Below are positions 1-9,636 of a stretch of DNA of 37,815 nt, one piece after another. Source of the stretch: a virus (taxonomy: Duplodnaviria > Caudoviricetes); IMG/VR virus record IMGVR_UViG_3300006893_000015, positions 1-37,815 of that record; one strand, written 5' to 3'. Made by a program: the position numbers and the translations under genes. Below the pieces are notes generated by a model that was not told where the DNA came from, searched no databases, and worked only from the letters and a program-made list of their open reading frames with translations. Position 1 is the first letter of the stretch; every line of letters begins with the position of its first letter.

Positions 1-4
1 AAAA

Positions 5-193
5 ATGGCGTTGCCTTTGTCGTCATGGCCCGCCGACAAGGTTGAGCGCTGGCCGGTCGCCAAGCTTGTCCCCAACGCGCGGAACGCGCGCACCCACAGC
101 GACGAGCAAGTCACGCAGCTTGCGGCCTCGATAGAAGAGTTCGGCTGGACTATTCCGGTCCTCGTCGACGAGGCGGGCGGTCTGCCAGAGTAA
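5..193 (+). pseudogene. Truncated ParB/Srx-like N-terminal domain (type usually fused to a DNA methyltransferase next to terS)
   Basis: LVPNARNARTHSDEQVTQLAASIEEFGWTIPVLVDE is a typical ParB-N start, but the ORF stops before the expected IIAGHGR motif. Confidence 0.75.
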
Positions 194-246
194 TGAGAGA
201 CTAAAAAACTGCGAGCCCAGACGAAAAATAAATACGAGCGGGAGCT

Positions 247-789
247 ATGGCCGAAGGCGTAACCGGACAAAGCCTTGCCGGTCTGCTTGATCTCGACATG
301 AAATCGATCACAAAGCTCTCGCACGCAGGGATCGTGGTCGGCTCGGGAGTGCGCGGACGCTTTCTTCTGGCCCCGTCAGTCCGCAACTATGTCCGACACT
401 TGCGGGAAATCGCCGCCGGCCGCCAAGGCAACGAGCTGAACGCAATCGATGAGAACGCGCGGCTCAAAATCGCCCAACGGCGGAACTACGATCTGAAAAA
501 TTCGATCCTCGAAGGCTCCGCAATCCCCTATGAGGCGATCGCGCCGGCCTGGGCGCGCGTCGTCCGCGCGATCCGCTCCGCGATGCTGGCCGTGCCCGGC
601 AAGGCGCGTTTCCGATTGCAGCATTTGACGCCGCGCGACGCGGAAGTGATTAACGAGATAATTCGCGACCAGCTTACCGCCGCCGCGCTGACGGATGAGC
701 CGCCGCCCATAGAAGACGCGCACAGTGCAATGCGGATAGTACATGACCCCGGCCGACCGCCTGGCAACGGGCACGCTCAGACTTCTTAA
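247..789 (+). CDS. Terminase small subunit (Nu1-like)
   Basis: GGAG RBS, N-terminal winged-HTH-like segment, coiled coil (ENARLKIAQ); directly upstream of and overlapping terL. Confidence 0.85.
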   Translation: MAEGVTGQSLAGLLDLDMKSITKLSHAGIVVGSGVRGRFLLAPSVRNYVRHLREIAAGRQGNELNAIDENARLKIAQRRNYDLKNSILEGSAIPYEAIAPAWARVVRAIRSAMLAVPGKARFRLQHLTPRDAEVINEIIRDQLTAAALTDEPPPIEDAHSAMRIVHDPGRPPGNGHAQTS

Positions 790-2587
790 GCCCCCGCCGC
801 GCTTATCCTTGCCGGATTGGGTCGAGGCCGAGTTTCGGCTGCCGGAGCGATCGAGCGCGCAGCCCGGCCGGTTCAATCTTTGGAAATATCAGCGCGGATG
901 GCTTGAGGCGATTGGCGACCCGCTTGTCCCGCGCGTGACCTTGATGAAGGCGGCGCGGCTCGGCTTCTCGAAATGCTTGATCGCGACGATCGGTTCGTAT
1001 GCCTGCAACGATCCGTGCTCGGTGATTTTGCTCGTGCCGACCGACGACGATGCGCGGCGCTATGCGGTTGACGAGGTCGAGCCGTCGTTCGAAGAGAGCC
1101 CGGCGCTACATGATTTGATTCAGCGCGGGCGCCTCGACGGGCGCAATACGCTCGTCATGAAAGCCTTCAATGCCGGCGGCTCGCTGAAAATCCTGGCTGC
1201 GCGCGCACCGCGCAACTTGCGCATGCACGACGCGAAGGTGTTGCTGATCGACGAAGCCGACGCGATGGAGGTCACTGTCGAGGGCGATCCGATATTGCTC
1301 GCCGAAAAGCGAACCGTTGCTCATCCTGACCGCAAGATCGTGTGCGGAAGCACGCCGACGAGCGAGGACACAAGCGTCGTTGCCCGTCGGTTCGATGAAT
1401 CGACCCAAGAAGTTTTCGAAGTCCCCTGCCCAGAGTGCGGAGTCTTCAACGAAATAAGCTGGTCAAACATCGAGTGGAATTCCGGCGAGCCTGAAACCGC
1501 TCAGTACATGTGCCCGCACTGCAAGGGGATGATCGACGAGCGCCGCAAGCCGGGCATGGTTGACAACGGCCGGTGGCGCGCGCTCAAACCGGACGTCGTG
1601 GGGCACCGCGGCTTTCGCATCAACGCTCTTGTCAGCATGCTCCCAAACGCGTCATGGGGCCAGCTCGCGAGAGAATATTTAGATGCGAAGCGCGGCGGGC
1701 CTCATATGATGCAGGTGTTTTATAACACCGTGCTTGCGAAGCCGTGGCGGACCACGATCAACCGCGTTGACGCCTCGATGCTCGCGGACCGCGCCGAGCC
1801 GTGGGGCCTTCCGACAGTGGGGCACGGCATGATAGTGCCGGACGACGTCGTGCTTATCACAGCCGGCGTCGACATGCAGGACGACCGCGTCGAGTGCACG
1901 TTGATCGGCTTCTCTGTCTTCGGCGCGCCGTGCATCCTTGGCCATGTCGTGTTTTCCGGCAACACGCTTGAGGACGGCGTCTGGAAGACGCTCGACGGGT
2001 TTCTCAAGACCAAGTGGCGGCATCCGAACGGGTGGGCGATTGGGATAGACGGGACCGCGATCGACTCTGGTGGGCGCGGGGGGCGCACGCAGCGAGTTTA
2101 TGACTTCGCGTATCCGCGCATGAGCCGCTATATTTTTGCCATCAAGGGGCTACCGGGCCCGCGCAAGATTTGGACGAAGCTGACGAGCGTCAAGGGCGAC
2201 ATGCGCGCGTTTGGCGTCGCTGTCGACGTGCTTAAGACGGAAGTCCTCGATCGTTTAGCCCGCGAGCCGTTCAACGAGGACGGCAGCGAGAACCCGCAAG
2301 CCTTCCGGCTGAGCGATCAGCTTACCGATGAGTTTCTGGAGCAAAGCTGTAATGAGACAAGGCGGATTCGCTTCGTAAAGAACAGGCCAATAATTGAATT
2401 TCAGCCGAAAAGAGCCGGCGCGCCGACTGAGGCCCTCGACTGTATTGTCTACGCGTTGGCTGTTAGACAGTCCCCGTCGGTTCGTTCAATCGATCTTCGT
2501 GAAAGGGCGGCAAGACGCCAGGTCATAGGCGAGCAGCCGCCTAAACAAAATGCTGGCGGGTGGGCTGAGAAATTTGCAGCTTTGTGA
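743..2587 (+). CDS. Terminase large subunit, lambda GpA family
   Basis: Deviant Walker A KAARLGFS, Walker B LLIDEAD, STPT motif, CPECG/CPHC zinc ribbon, nuclease motif ITAGVDMQDDR. Confidence 0.96.
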   Translation: MTPADRLATGTLRLLKPPPRLSLPDWVEAEFRLPERSSAQPGRFNLWKYQRGWLEAIGDPLVPRVTLMKAARLGFSKCLIATIGSYACNDPCSVILLVPTDDDARRYAVDEVEPSFEESPALHDLIQRGRLDGRNTLVMKAFNAGGSLKILAARAPRNLRMHDAKVLLIDEADAMEVTVEGDPILLAEKRTVAHPDRKIVCGSTPTSEDTSVVARRFDESTQEVFEVPCPECGVFNEISWSNIEWNSGEPETAQYMCPHCKGMIDERRKPGMVDNGRWRALKPDVVGHRGFRINALVSMLPNASWGQLAREYLDAKRGGPHMMQVFYNTVLAKPWRTTINRVDASMLADRAEPWGLPTVGHGMIVPDDVVLITAGVDMQDDRVECTLIGFSVFGAPCILGHVVFSGNTLEDGVWKTLDGFLKTKWRHPNGWAIGIDGTAIDSGGRGGRTQRVYDFAYPRMSRYIFAIKGLPGPRKIWTKLTSVKGDMRAFGVAVDVLKTEVLDRLAREPFNEDGSENPQAFRLSDQLTDEFLEQSCNETRRIRFVKNRPIIEFQPKRAGAPTEALDCIVYALAVRQSPSVRSIDLRERAARRQVIGEQPPKQNAGGWAEKFAAL

Positions 2588-2589
2588 TT

Positions 2590-3119
2590 TCATAGCAGCC
2601 ATAAAGTTTTCTTACAGCGAGATTTAAAACCGCGGCGTCGCCGGTTGCTTTCTGAGAGTCGAGATCGCGTCTTAGGCGATCGCTTCTGTCCGCGATTGGC
2701 GGACGCAGCTCTTTCGATCGCATCCAATGGACGCATGCGCCCCTTGTTGCTCTTTGAAATCTTCTCTCGTGTCTCAGCCGATAGCGTACGGCCGACCATG
2801 TACTTATTCCCCCGTTTCAATTCTGACATTTTCGCGCGGGTTGATGGAGCTAGATGCCGCCGCTTCCGCCGCTGTTGCAATTTAAGAGACAACCAGTTCC
2901 AATGTCGTCGCGACCATAATGCAAAATAAGCGCCCGTTCTACAGCGCACGCTTCATCGAGTGTCGTGTTTCAGAGTAGTTTGCGAGGTAGGACGGCCATC
3001 CAGCCGGGTTTGTTTAGGCGGCGCGCCGATGCAAGAATCCGGTAATTTTTGTCAAGGCCAATATAGCGCGGCAATGGCTCGTCTGGCTCGTAGAGTCCAT
3101 AGACGTAGTGGTCACGCAT
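2590..3119 (-). pseudogene. Disrupted GIY-YIG-like/NUMOD3 homing endonuclease
   Basis: AGGAGG RBS then MRDHYVYGLY...RYIGL...RKLL*NTTLDEACAVERALILHYGRDDIGTGCLLNCNSGG; in-frame TGA at 2972-2970 and a frameshift near 2850-2865 before the NUMOD3-like repeats (STRAKMSE, SAETREKISKS). Confidence 0.85.
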
Positions 3120-3351
3120 TTCTCCTCCTAGACCTGCGAGTTTTCAACCCTGGCTTCCATGGCGGGCGGTCTTCTAGGATGGCCGTGATCGCCAGCGCAA
3201 CCGATCTAGGCGCGCCGATTTCCTGCCAACGCTGCCCCTGGTGTGGGCTGCACTGCAATAGCTCGGCGAGCGCGTACATTCCGATTCCGCGCTCCTCGAA
3301 GAGCTTGCGCGCGGCTTTGAAGTCGCGGCCCGACATAAAACGCTTGGTCAC
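3112..3351 (-). CDS. Small Cro/XRE-like helix-turn-helix protein
   Basis: FKAARK...ALAELLQCSPHQGQRWQEIGAPRSVALAITA fits an HTH; start/stop overlaps with both neighbours. Confidence 0.65.
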   Translation of the reverse strand: MTKRFMSGRDFKAARKLFEERGIGMYALAELLQCSPHQGQRWQEIGAPRSVALAITAILEDRPPWKPGLKTRRSRRRNA

Positions 3352-3569
3352 GGCTCGCCATATTCCTCTTCATCTCCGCACGTGCGGCAGTCGTCGAGCC
3401 GATAATGGCCACGGCTGTCGTAGTATCCATCCGGTGAGCGCCAGTCATGCCGCGGGAACGGTATTTCGGTGCGCCAGTTTGGGCTCGCCTCGCTGCGGCC
3501 GCCGTGCTTCTCACCCGCGATGGCGGGGGAGAGGTATAAAAGCGCGAGGACAAAAGCGACGTGTTTCAC
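3348..3569 (-). CDS. Small secreted protein
   Basis: Signal peptide MKHVAFVLALLYLSPAIA; GTGA overlaps at both ends. Confidence 0.6.
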   Translation of the reverse strand: MKHVAFVLALLYLSPAIAGEKHGGRSEASPNWRTEIPFPRHDWRSPDGYYDSRGHYRLDDCRTCGDEEEYGEP

Positions 3570-3749
3570 GCGGCTTCCTTTAGCAGTTCGCCGGCCTTGC
3601 GTTCGATATCAACTCGGGCGTCCTGCCAGGTGATTCCGCGCGCGTAGGCCGTAGCGGCCGTTGTCGCATCCCAGACAGTTTCAATTATGCGGTCCTCTTC
3701 GAGGAAGAGGACGGCTTTCATCGCGCGACGCTTTTGTTAGCTGTGTCAT
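3566..3749 (-). pseudogene. Internally deleted remnant of a DUF932-like protein
   Basis: RBS plus MTQLTKAS start (3749) joined out of frame to KAVLFLEEDRIIETVWDATTAATAYARGITWQDARVDIERKAGELLKEAA* (3721-3566); both ends resemble, from memory, DUF932-type termini. Confidence 0.5.
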
Positions 3750-3821
3750 TTGGTTTTCACCTTTGAGCCGGTTGTGAAGCCGGCCTGTTTGAGTCCGCCG
3801 CTTCCCTCGGTCGGTAAACTT

Positions 3822-3849
3822 GATATAGGCCAATTGGCTTGAATAGCAA
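3822..3849 (-). promoter_or_regulatory. Leftward sigma70-type promoter containing operator-like motif, copy 1 (3825-3839)
   Basis: Minus strand TTGCTA-N16-TATATC with palindrome GCCAATTGGC in the spacer; lies between divergent genes. Confidence 0.65.
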
Positions 3850-3858
3850 GAGGGAAAA

Positions 3859-3951
3859 ATGATCAACGCGATATCCGCTGTGCTCGCGCTCGCTTTGCTT
3901 GCGGCGGCCGCCGCCCCACTCATCGTCACGATCTTTTTAATAGGACACTGA
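3859..3951 (+). CDS. 30-aa hydrophobic peptide
   Basis: MINAISAVLALALLAAAAAPLIVTIFLIGH*; GAGG RBS; stop abuts the next ATG. Confidence 0.45.
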   Translation: MINAISAVLALALLAAAAAPLIVTIFLIGH

Positions 3952-3952
3952 G

Positions 3953-4912
3953 ATGAACAAAATCCTTGCTCTAATCGCAATGCTGGCTGCGTTTTCGATT
4001 GTTGATATCAGCGCTGCGTCGCCGAATCTCAATCCGGCGCCGCACACCCACGTCATGCCGACAAGGCCGCTCCCGTTAGGGGCACTATCGGGGCCGCTCA
4101 CCTATCATGGTGGGTCAATCTCGGTGAGGTCAAAATTCTATGCTGTTTTTTGGATTCCGCCGACGCTTCAAACTGGCGCGCCGACGAGTATGCCGACTTT
4201 ATATCAGAATTTGCAGACGGGACTCCTTCGGAACTATCCGGGGCATGGGATCGGCAATACCAATACCCAATATTTTCAGATTGTCGGCGGTGTCACGACA
4301 TACGTTTCGAATCTTCCTGGCGTTGGTCTGCTGGACGGTCTTGCTGGCGTTTATGTTGATAATGCGCCTTATCCCGCCTCGGGGTGTGCCGACTCCGTGA
4401 CACCTGGAAATTGCATCACGAAAGCGCAGATGGAGACCGAGCTTCAACGGGTGATTGCGTTGAATGGATGGGTCGGTGGAACAAACAAGCTTTTCGTGGT
4501 CTACACGTCCAGCGGCGAAGGGTCCTGCATGGGGCCTGGCGGAAGCTGCTCTTATGTGGATTGGTGTGCCTACCATAGTTTCATCAGCACATCGCAACCG
4601 GTTGTTTACGCCAATATGCCTTACGGCGACCAGCCAATTTGTAATAATCACGGTCAACCGAACCCGAACGGCGATGCCGCGGCGGATTCCGTGGCGAATG
4701 CGGCAAGCCACGAGATCAGCGAGATGATCACCGATCCGCTATTTGATGGATGGTATACCGGCGCTTATGAAAATGGTGATCTGTGCGCATACATTTTCGG
4801 GGCCAACACATACGACGCTGGCAACGCAAATCAGCAGTGGAATGGCATCTTTTACGAATTCCAGGAGGAATGGAGCAATCACGCCGGCGGTTGTGTTCAG
4901 TTAGGTCCGTAA
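3953..4912 (+). CDS. Secreted PHI-1/EXORDIUM-like protein (possible zinc metalloprotein)
   Basis: Signal peptide; LTYHGG, CAYHS, PNGDAAAD, SHEISEMITDP, GWY, ENGDLC motifs. Confidence 0.75.
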   Translation: MNKILALIAMLAAFSIVDISAASPNLNPAPHTHVMPTRPLPLGALSGPLTYHGGSISVRSKFYAVFWIPPTLQTGAPTSMPTLYQNLQTGLLRNYPGHGIGNTNTQYFQIVGGVTTYVSNLPGVGLLDGLAGVYVDNAPYPASGCADSVTPGNCITKAQMETELQRVIALNGWVGGTNKLFVVYTSSGEGSCMGPGGSCSYVDWCAYHSFISTSQPVVYANMPYGDQPICNNHGQPNPNGDAAADSVANAASHEISEMITDPLFDGWYTGAYENGDLCAYIFGANTYDAGNANQQWNGIFYEFQEEWSNHAGGCVQLGP

Positions 4913-4913
4913 G

Positions 4914-6530
4914 ATGGGCAAAAAGACCAAGAAACGCCAGGAGATCGCGAGCGCAATAAGCCGTCCAGCTCCGGCCTCGCGGTATGGCGGTGGGACGAAC
5001 GTGCATACGCGCGCCGGCGGTGGTTCGTCATTTCTCTTTGGCTGGAATCCAGCGCTCCGCGAGCCGATCTTCGACGTTCGCGAGGGTTGGGTTGGGGCGG
5101 CCTCGCGCGCGATCGACAGCCTGCAAAATTCAGGTTTCATGTCCGGTGCTGTGGAAACCGCCTGCGGCCAAATGATCGGCTCCGGGCTCATGCTGAACGC
5201 AAAGCCCGATCCGGCACTGTTTGGCGGCAATGAGGCGAGCGCCGAGGCCTGGGCGCAAATAGCCGAGAGCAAGTTTGCGCAATGGGGCGCTAACCCGTGG
5301 GATTGCGATCTCGGCGCGCGGTTCACGCTTGGGCAGCTTCAGGATCAAGCGGTGAGGCAATATTTCGCTACCGGGGAGATCGTTGCCACACTCCCGATGA
5401 AAAAAAGGGGCGACGGACCAGCCCTGAAGGTCAACGTCATGCCCAGCATGCGGCTGGTGCAGGCATCGATCATGGGTGGCCCGTACAATCAGGTTCAGGG
5501 GGTTATCCTCGGGCCAGACCACGAGCCGATTGCCTACGCGTTCTTGAACGCCGCTCTTGTATGGGGCATTTTTGAGCAGGACATCGTCCAGGCGAGAACG
5601 GTGGATGGGCGCCCTGTGGTTGTCCATCTTTTCACCGGCGATCCCGGCGCGGTGCGCGGCATCACGCCACTCGCCCCGGTCCTCAAGGTCGTTCGCCAAA
5701 TCGACCAGCTCGCCGACGCCACGCTTACCGCAAGCCTGTTGCAGACGATATTCGCGGCGACCGTCGAATCCGACGCGCCGACAGCCGACGTCATGCGCGC
5801 GTTGCAATCAGACGACGAGCAGGACCTCGAAGGCGGCCAGCCGGGTGACTTTGACAATCTTATGAAGCAACGGTTCGAGTGGTATCGGCAGACCAAGGTG
5901 GACCTCGGGAACTTTGGCAAGATCGCCCACATGTTCCCTGGCGAGTCGCTGAAGTTCAACTCGTCGATGCACCCGAATTCGAATTATGACGTCTTCAACA
6001 AGTCGCTCTTGCGCGAAATCTCGCGGTGCCTTTGCGTTTCGTACGAGTCTGTCTCAAACGACTATTCCCACGCGACCTATTCAAGCGTGCGGCAGGCGTC
6101 AGCGGACCTTTGGGCGCTTACCATAAAGCGTCGCGCGTTTTATCCGGCGCGCATGATGCAAATGGTTTGGGAGAGCTTTCTCGAAGAAACAATTGAAACA
6201 GGTTTGTTGCAGTTCCCAGGCGGCGTCGACGCTTTCCGTGCTAACCGGGCGGCGGCATGCAATGCGGACTGGCGCGGGCCGCCGAAGCCGCTTGCCGACG
6301 ACCTGAAAGCTGCCAAGGCACAACAAATCTTGCGGTCCGAGGGTTGGGTTTCACGTGACCAGCTCTGTGCGGAATATGGCAACGATTGGCTTGAGGTTAA
6401 TCGCCAGCGTGCGGTTGAAAAATCCGACGATGAAAGGCTCGGGCTCGATCCTCCCCCGAATATCGGAGGCGGCGGGCAGCCCGGGGATGCAGCGAAAGGC
6501 GGTGAAGACGGCGAGGGCGGCGCGACATGA
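4914..6530 (+). CDS. Portal protein, lambda family
   Basis: 538 aa; VRGITPLAPVL and YESVSNDYSHATYSSVR motifs. Confidence 0.95.
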   Translation: MGKKTKKRQEIASAISRPAPASRYGGGTNVHTRAGGGSSFLFGWNPALREPIFDVREGWVGAASRAIDSLQNSGFMSGAVETACGQMIGSGLMLNAKPDPALFGGNEASAEAWAQIAESKFAQWGANPWDCDLGARFTLGQLQDQAVRQYFATGEIVATLPMKKRGDGPALKVNVMPSMRLVQASIMGGPYNQVQGVILGPDHEPIAYAFLNAALVWGIFEQDIVQARTVDGRPVVVHLFTGDPGAVRGITPLAPVLKVVRQIDQLADATLTASLLQTIFAATVESDAPTADVMRALQSDDEQDLEGGQPGDFDNLMKQRFEWYRQTKVDLGNFGKIAHMFPGESLKFNSSMHPNSNYDVFNKSLLREISRCLCVSYESVSNDYSHATYSSVRQASADLWALTIKRRAFYPARMMQMVWESFLEETIETGLLQFPGGVDAFRANRAAACNADWRGPPKPLADDLKAAKAQQILRSEGWVSRDQLCAEYGNDWLEVNRQRAVEKSDDERLGLDPPPNIGGGGQPGDAAKGGEDGEGGAT

Positions 6531-6808
6531 CCCAGGTGGTGGACTGGTCTGATCCGTGCGCGAAGTTCAAGGCGCTGTCTGACGCCTATTACACGATAAT
6601 CAGCGGCGGCAACGCGGCCGAGGTCTCCTACATGGCGAACGGTGTGTCGAGGACCGTCAAGTTTTCATTTTCCAACATTGCCGCCTTGAAGCGGGAGATG
6701 TTGGCGTCTGAGGATCAGTGCGCGATTTTGAACGGTGCGCCGCGCACGGCGAGGCGGTTTGCGATCGACTCAGGGTCACGGCGGCGAGGGTGGTGGTGGC
6801 GGCTATGA
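6527..6808 (+). CDS. Head completion / head-to-tail joining protein (lambda gpW-like)
   Basis: 93 aa; AYYTIISGG..EVSY....RTVKFSFSNIAALK pattern; ATGA overlap with portal. Confidence 0.75.
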   Translation: MTQVVDWSDPCAKFKALSDAYYTIISGGNAAEVSYMANGVSRTVKFSFSNIAALKREMLASEDQCAILNGAPRTARRFAIDSGSRRRGWWWRL

Positions 6809-6810
6809 GC

Positions 6811-7470
6811 TTAGACCAGCAATTCGATAGTGTGTGCGAAGTCGATCGGGTCTTTCGCGCTCTTGCTAAGATTGCAAGCGACACAGAGCCATTGAAGATT
6901 AGATGGCCAATTCGAGCCGCCGCGAGCCAATGGCTTGATGTGATCGAGGTGCCCGCGCCGTCCGAGCGATTCTCGGCAATAGGCGCAGCGGTTCCTTTGT
7001 GCGAGCCTGATGCGGTTCGTGTCGGCGGCGCTGTGCGCTCCTTCGGCGCATAGGATTCTTGCTCGGCGGTTTCTGGCGAAGGCGCGGCATTTGTCAGGGT
7101 TTGCTTTCTGCCAGACCATTACAGAGATTTTTATCTTATCCTTATTTGCGGCTCTGTAGGCGGCCTCGCGGCATTTTGCAGCTACGATATTGGCTTCGCG
7201 CCTGGCTTTGTGGCTCGTGTTGATTTTGTTGCGGTTGGCTATGTGAAAGTCTGCGTTGTAAGCTTTTCGTTCATTGACATGCGATGCGCGATAAGCGGCG
7301 TTGTCTTTTTTGATCTTTGCGGCGTTGGCTTTGCGATACTCGTTCCGTTTAAGAGGGTTGGCCGCTCGCCATGCCTTGCATGTTGCTGCCCGCACTACTG
7401 AGTGCGTCTTCCTGTATCGAGCATTGGCCTCTCGCTGTCTGATTTCTCTTTCTTCGGGTGACATAGCCAT
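6811..7470 (-). CDS. HNH endonuclease (free-standing, antisense to late operon)
   Basis: CAYC...HLDHIKPLARGGSNWPSNLQWLCVACN; basic helical N-terminal repeats; start placed at 7470, 7 nt after a TATGCT -10-like hexamer. Confidence 0.9.
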   Translation of the reverse strand: MAMSPEEREIRQREANARYRKTHSVVRAATCKAWRAANPLKRNEYRKANAAKIKKDNAAYRASHVNERKAYNADFHIANRNKINTSHKARREANIVAAKCREAAYRAANKDKIKISVMVWQKANPDKCRAFARNRRARILCAEGAHSAADTNRIRLAQRNRCAYCRESLGRRGHLDHIKPLARGGSNWPSNLQWLCVACNLSKSAKDPIDFAHTIELLV

Positions 7471-7497
7471 GTTTCGAAGCATAGAGGAAATGGCCGA

Positions 7498-8853
7498 ATG
7501 AGCCAGCCCAAATTCGCTCATTTGATGACCAAAATCATCAATGTGCCTCTTATGATCCACCCACGCGCAGCGGCGACGATTTACAATGTGCTCGCGGGGA
7601 GGTGCGGATATGCGCCGGCTGAACTTCCTGACTTTGATGTGCAGGCGATAGATGGCCGCGTAAAGGCAAGCAGGTTTGTTGGCGATCGCGTCAAAGGTGA
7701 AGATGGGAAGTTTCCGGCTGTTGAGCCATACCTCCGCACATCGGACGGGGTAGCAATAATTACTATTGATGGGGAGCTTGTAAATAGGGGCTCTTGGATT
7801 GGGGCCGATAGCGGGCTTGTTTCATACGAAGGAATAAAGTTTCAATTAAGCCGGGCAGTCCGTGATCAAAAAACACGCGCAGTTTTGCTTGATTTCTCGT
7901 CGCCAGGTGGCGAGGCGATAGGTGCCGAGGAGATGGCCGGTGCCATTCGCGCGGCTGCGGAGAACAAGCCGGTTTATGCGGTGGCGAACGGCATGGCGGC
8001 GTCCGCGGCCTATGCGGCGGCTGCCGGTGCGACAAGGATATTCGCGGCGCCGTCGTCGGTCCTAGGGAGTATCGGCGTTGTTCTCCTTCACATGGATTAC
8101 AGTCAGGCACTCGACAAAGCCGGGATCGCGCCAACCCTGATTTTTGCGGGCGCGCACAAGACGACGGGAAACCCGGTTGAGCCGCTTACCGATGCGGCGG
8201 CGGCCGAACTTCAGGCTGACGTCGACACCTTTTACAAATCGTTTCTCTCGACGGTCGCGCAAGGTCGAGGACGGCGGCTGTCCGCGAAGGCCGCGCGCGA
8301 GACGGAGGCGCGGACTTTCATTGGCGCCGAGGCGGTGGCTGCGGGGCTCGCTGATACCGTTGGCACGTTCGAGGAGGCGCTCAGCGAGCTTTCAGCAAAA
8401 GTCGTGCGGGCTTCCACGCGCAAGGTCGCGCAGACGCGCGCAAATTCAGGAGTGAAGATTATGGCAAATGAAGCAGTAGAGACAGAGACTGAAACCGCGA
8501 TCCGCGAGGCGGCGCTAGCTGCACACAAAGACGGCTTTAATGAAGGCCACGCGGAAGGTATCAAGAAGGCGCACGTCCGCATCAGTACGATTCTGGCCGA
8601 CCCGAGGGTCAAAGGCCGTGATCTATTTGCTTTGAAGTATGCCGTGAAGTACCCGCACCTTAGCGAGGACGAGGTTTGCGAGATTTGCGCCGATATCCCG
8701 GAAACGCAGAGCGCCTCGCTCGCCGAGAAGGTCGCCGCTACCGGTGTAAATGCGATTAAGCCGGGCGCGGCTCCGCAACAGACGTCGTCCGAAAGCTGGG
8801 GCAAGGTCGTAAGTAAGGTTAATTCCCGCAGCCCGGCAGGTCGCGCGGCCTAA
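7498..8853 (+). CDS. Prohead protease, S49 family, with C-terminal scaffold
   Basis: DFSSPGG, MAASAAY, GSIGV and FAGAHK motifs. Confidence 0.93.
   Translation: MSQPKFAHLMTKIINVPLMIHPRAAATIYNVLAGRCGYAPAELPDFDVQAIDGRVKASRFVGDRVKGEDGKFPAVEPYLRTSDGVAIITIDGELVNRGSWIGADSGLVSYEGIKFQLSRAVRDQKTRAVLLDFSSPGGEAIGAEEMAGAIRAAAENKPVYAVANGMAASAAYAAAAGATRIFAAPSSVLGSIGVVLLHMDYSQALDKAGIAPTLIFAGAHKTTGNPVEPLTDAAAAELQADVDTFYKSFLSTVAQGRGRRLSAKAARETEARTFIGAEAVAAGLADTVGTFEEALSELSAKVVRASTRKVAQTRANSGVKIMANEAVETETETAIREAALAAHKDGFNEGHAEGIKKAHVRISTILADPRVKGRDLFALKYAVKYPHLSEDEVCEICADIPETQSASLAEKVAATGVNAIKPGAAPQQTSSESWGKVVSKVNSRSPAGRAA
8461..8853 (+). CDS. Putative nested in-frame scaffolding protein (lambda Nu3-like)
   Basis: AGGAG at about 8447-8451 upstream of in-frame ATG 8461 (MANEAVETET). 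Confidence 0.55.
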   Translation: MANEAVETETETAIREAALAAHKDGFNEGHAEGIKKAHVRISTILADPRVKGRDLFALKYAVKYPHLSEDEVCEICADIPETQSASLAEKVAATGVNAIKPGAAPQQTSSESWGKVVSKVNSRSPAGRAA

Positions 8854-8920
8854 TACGTAGGCGCTCAAGAATAATTTTAGGAATATTTCGAGCGCGTTTT
8901 GCAGCATATGGAGAACTAAG

Positions 8921-9580
8921 ATGCCGACAAGCTTCACTGAGCAATACCACGACGCCGCCTTCATACTGTGGGAGGAGGACTTCCACTATTCGCGCGACAA
9001 CATTGTGATCAAGAGCGGCGCCGGTATCTTGAAGCCCGGCACCGTCCTGGCGCAGATCACGCAAACCGATACCGCGGGCAGCGTAACCGCAAAGGCGGGC
9101 ATGACCGGTAACGGGACCTGCGTCAAGGACGCGACCACCCCGATCCAGACCGGATCGCAGCCCGGCACCTACAAGATCATCATGACCGACGCGACCCACT
9201 TCACCGTCACCAATCCCGGCGGTGAAACGGTCGGGACTGGCGTGGCCGGCACGGCGTTCAGCGACGAGATCAAGTTCATGCTTACCGCTGGTTCGACGCC
9301 TTTCGTAGCCGGCGACGAGTTCGACTTCCCGGTGGTGGGCGTCGCCGGCGCCGGCAAGTATGTCCCGGCCGTATTGTCCGCGATGGACGGCTCGCAGATC
9401 GGCGTCGCTGTGCTGATCCATGGCGTCGACGCGACGAGCGTCGATGTGCCTACCGCGGCTTTAGTGCGGGCCGCGCAAGTTAACGTCCATTTGCTTCAAT
9501 ATGACCCGACTATCAACGATGCGGGCGCAAAGGCAAAAATCGCCGCTGACCTTAATGAGGTCGGCATCGTCGTTCGCTAA
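8921..9580 (+). CDS. Head decoration protein with inserted beta domain
   Basis: YSRDNIVI...LKPGTVLA...GKYVP...DGSQIGVAVL...GIVVR; lies between protease and capsid genes. Confidence 0.88.
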   Translation: MPTSFTEQYHDAAFILWEEDFHYSRDNIVIKSGAGILKPGTVLAQITQTDTAGSVTAKAGMTGNGTCVKDATTPIQTGSQPGTYKIIMTDATHFTVTNPGGETVGTGVAGTAFSDEIKFMLTAGSTPFVAGDEFDFPVVGVAGAGKYVPAVLSAMDGSQIGVAVLIHGVDATSVDVPTAALVRAAQVNVHLLQYDPTINDAGAKAKIAADLNEVGIVVR

Positions 9581-9636
9581 CCAAAGGACTGAAACAGCGC
9601 CCGGTTTCGGGCACGCCAAAAACAGGAGTCCCCGAA

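Noticed and set aside
2960-3583. 207-aa plus-strand ORF after terL
   Set aside because: Overlaps coupled minus-strand genes that have RBSs and recognisable motifs; its own sequence looks non-coding
8861-8895. GCGCTC...GAGCGC inverted repeat before the decoration gene, plus small hairpins near 9598 and 11828
   Set aside because: Short imperfect stems without clear U-tracts or shared sequence; not enough to call a terminator or ncRNA
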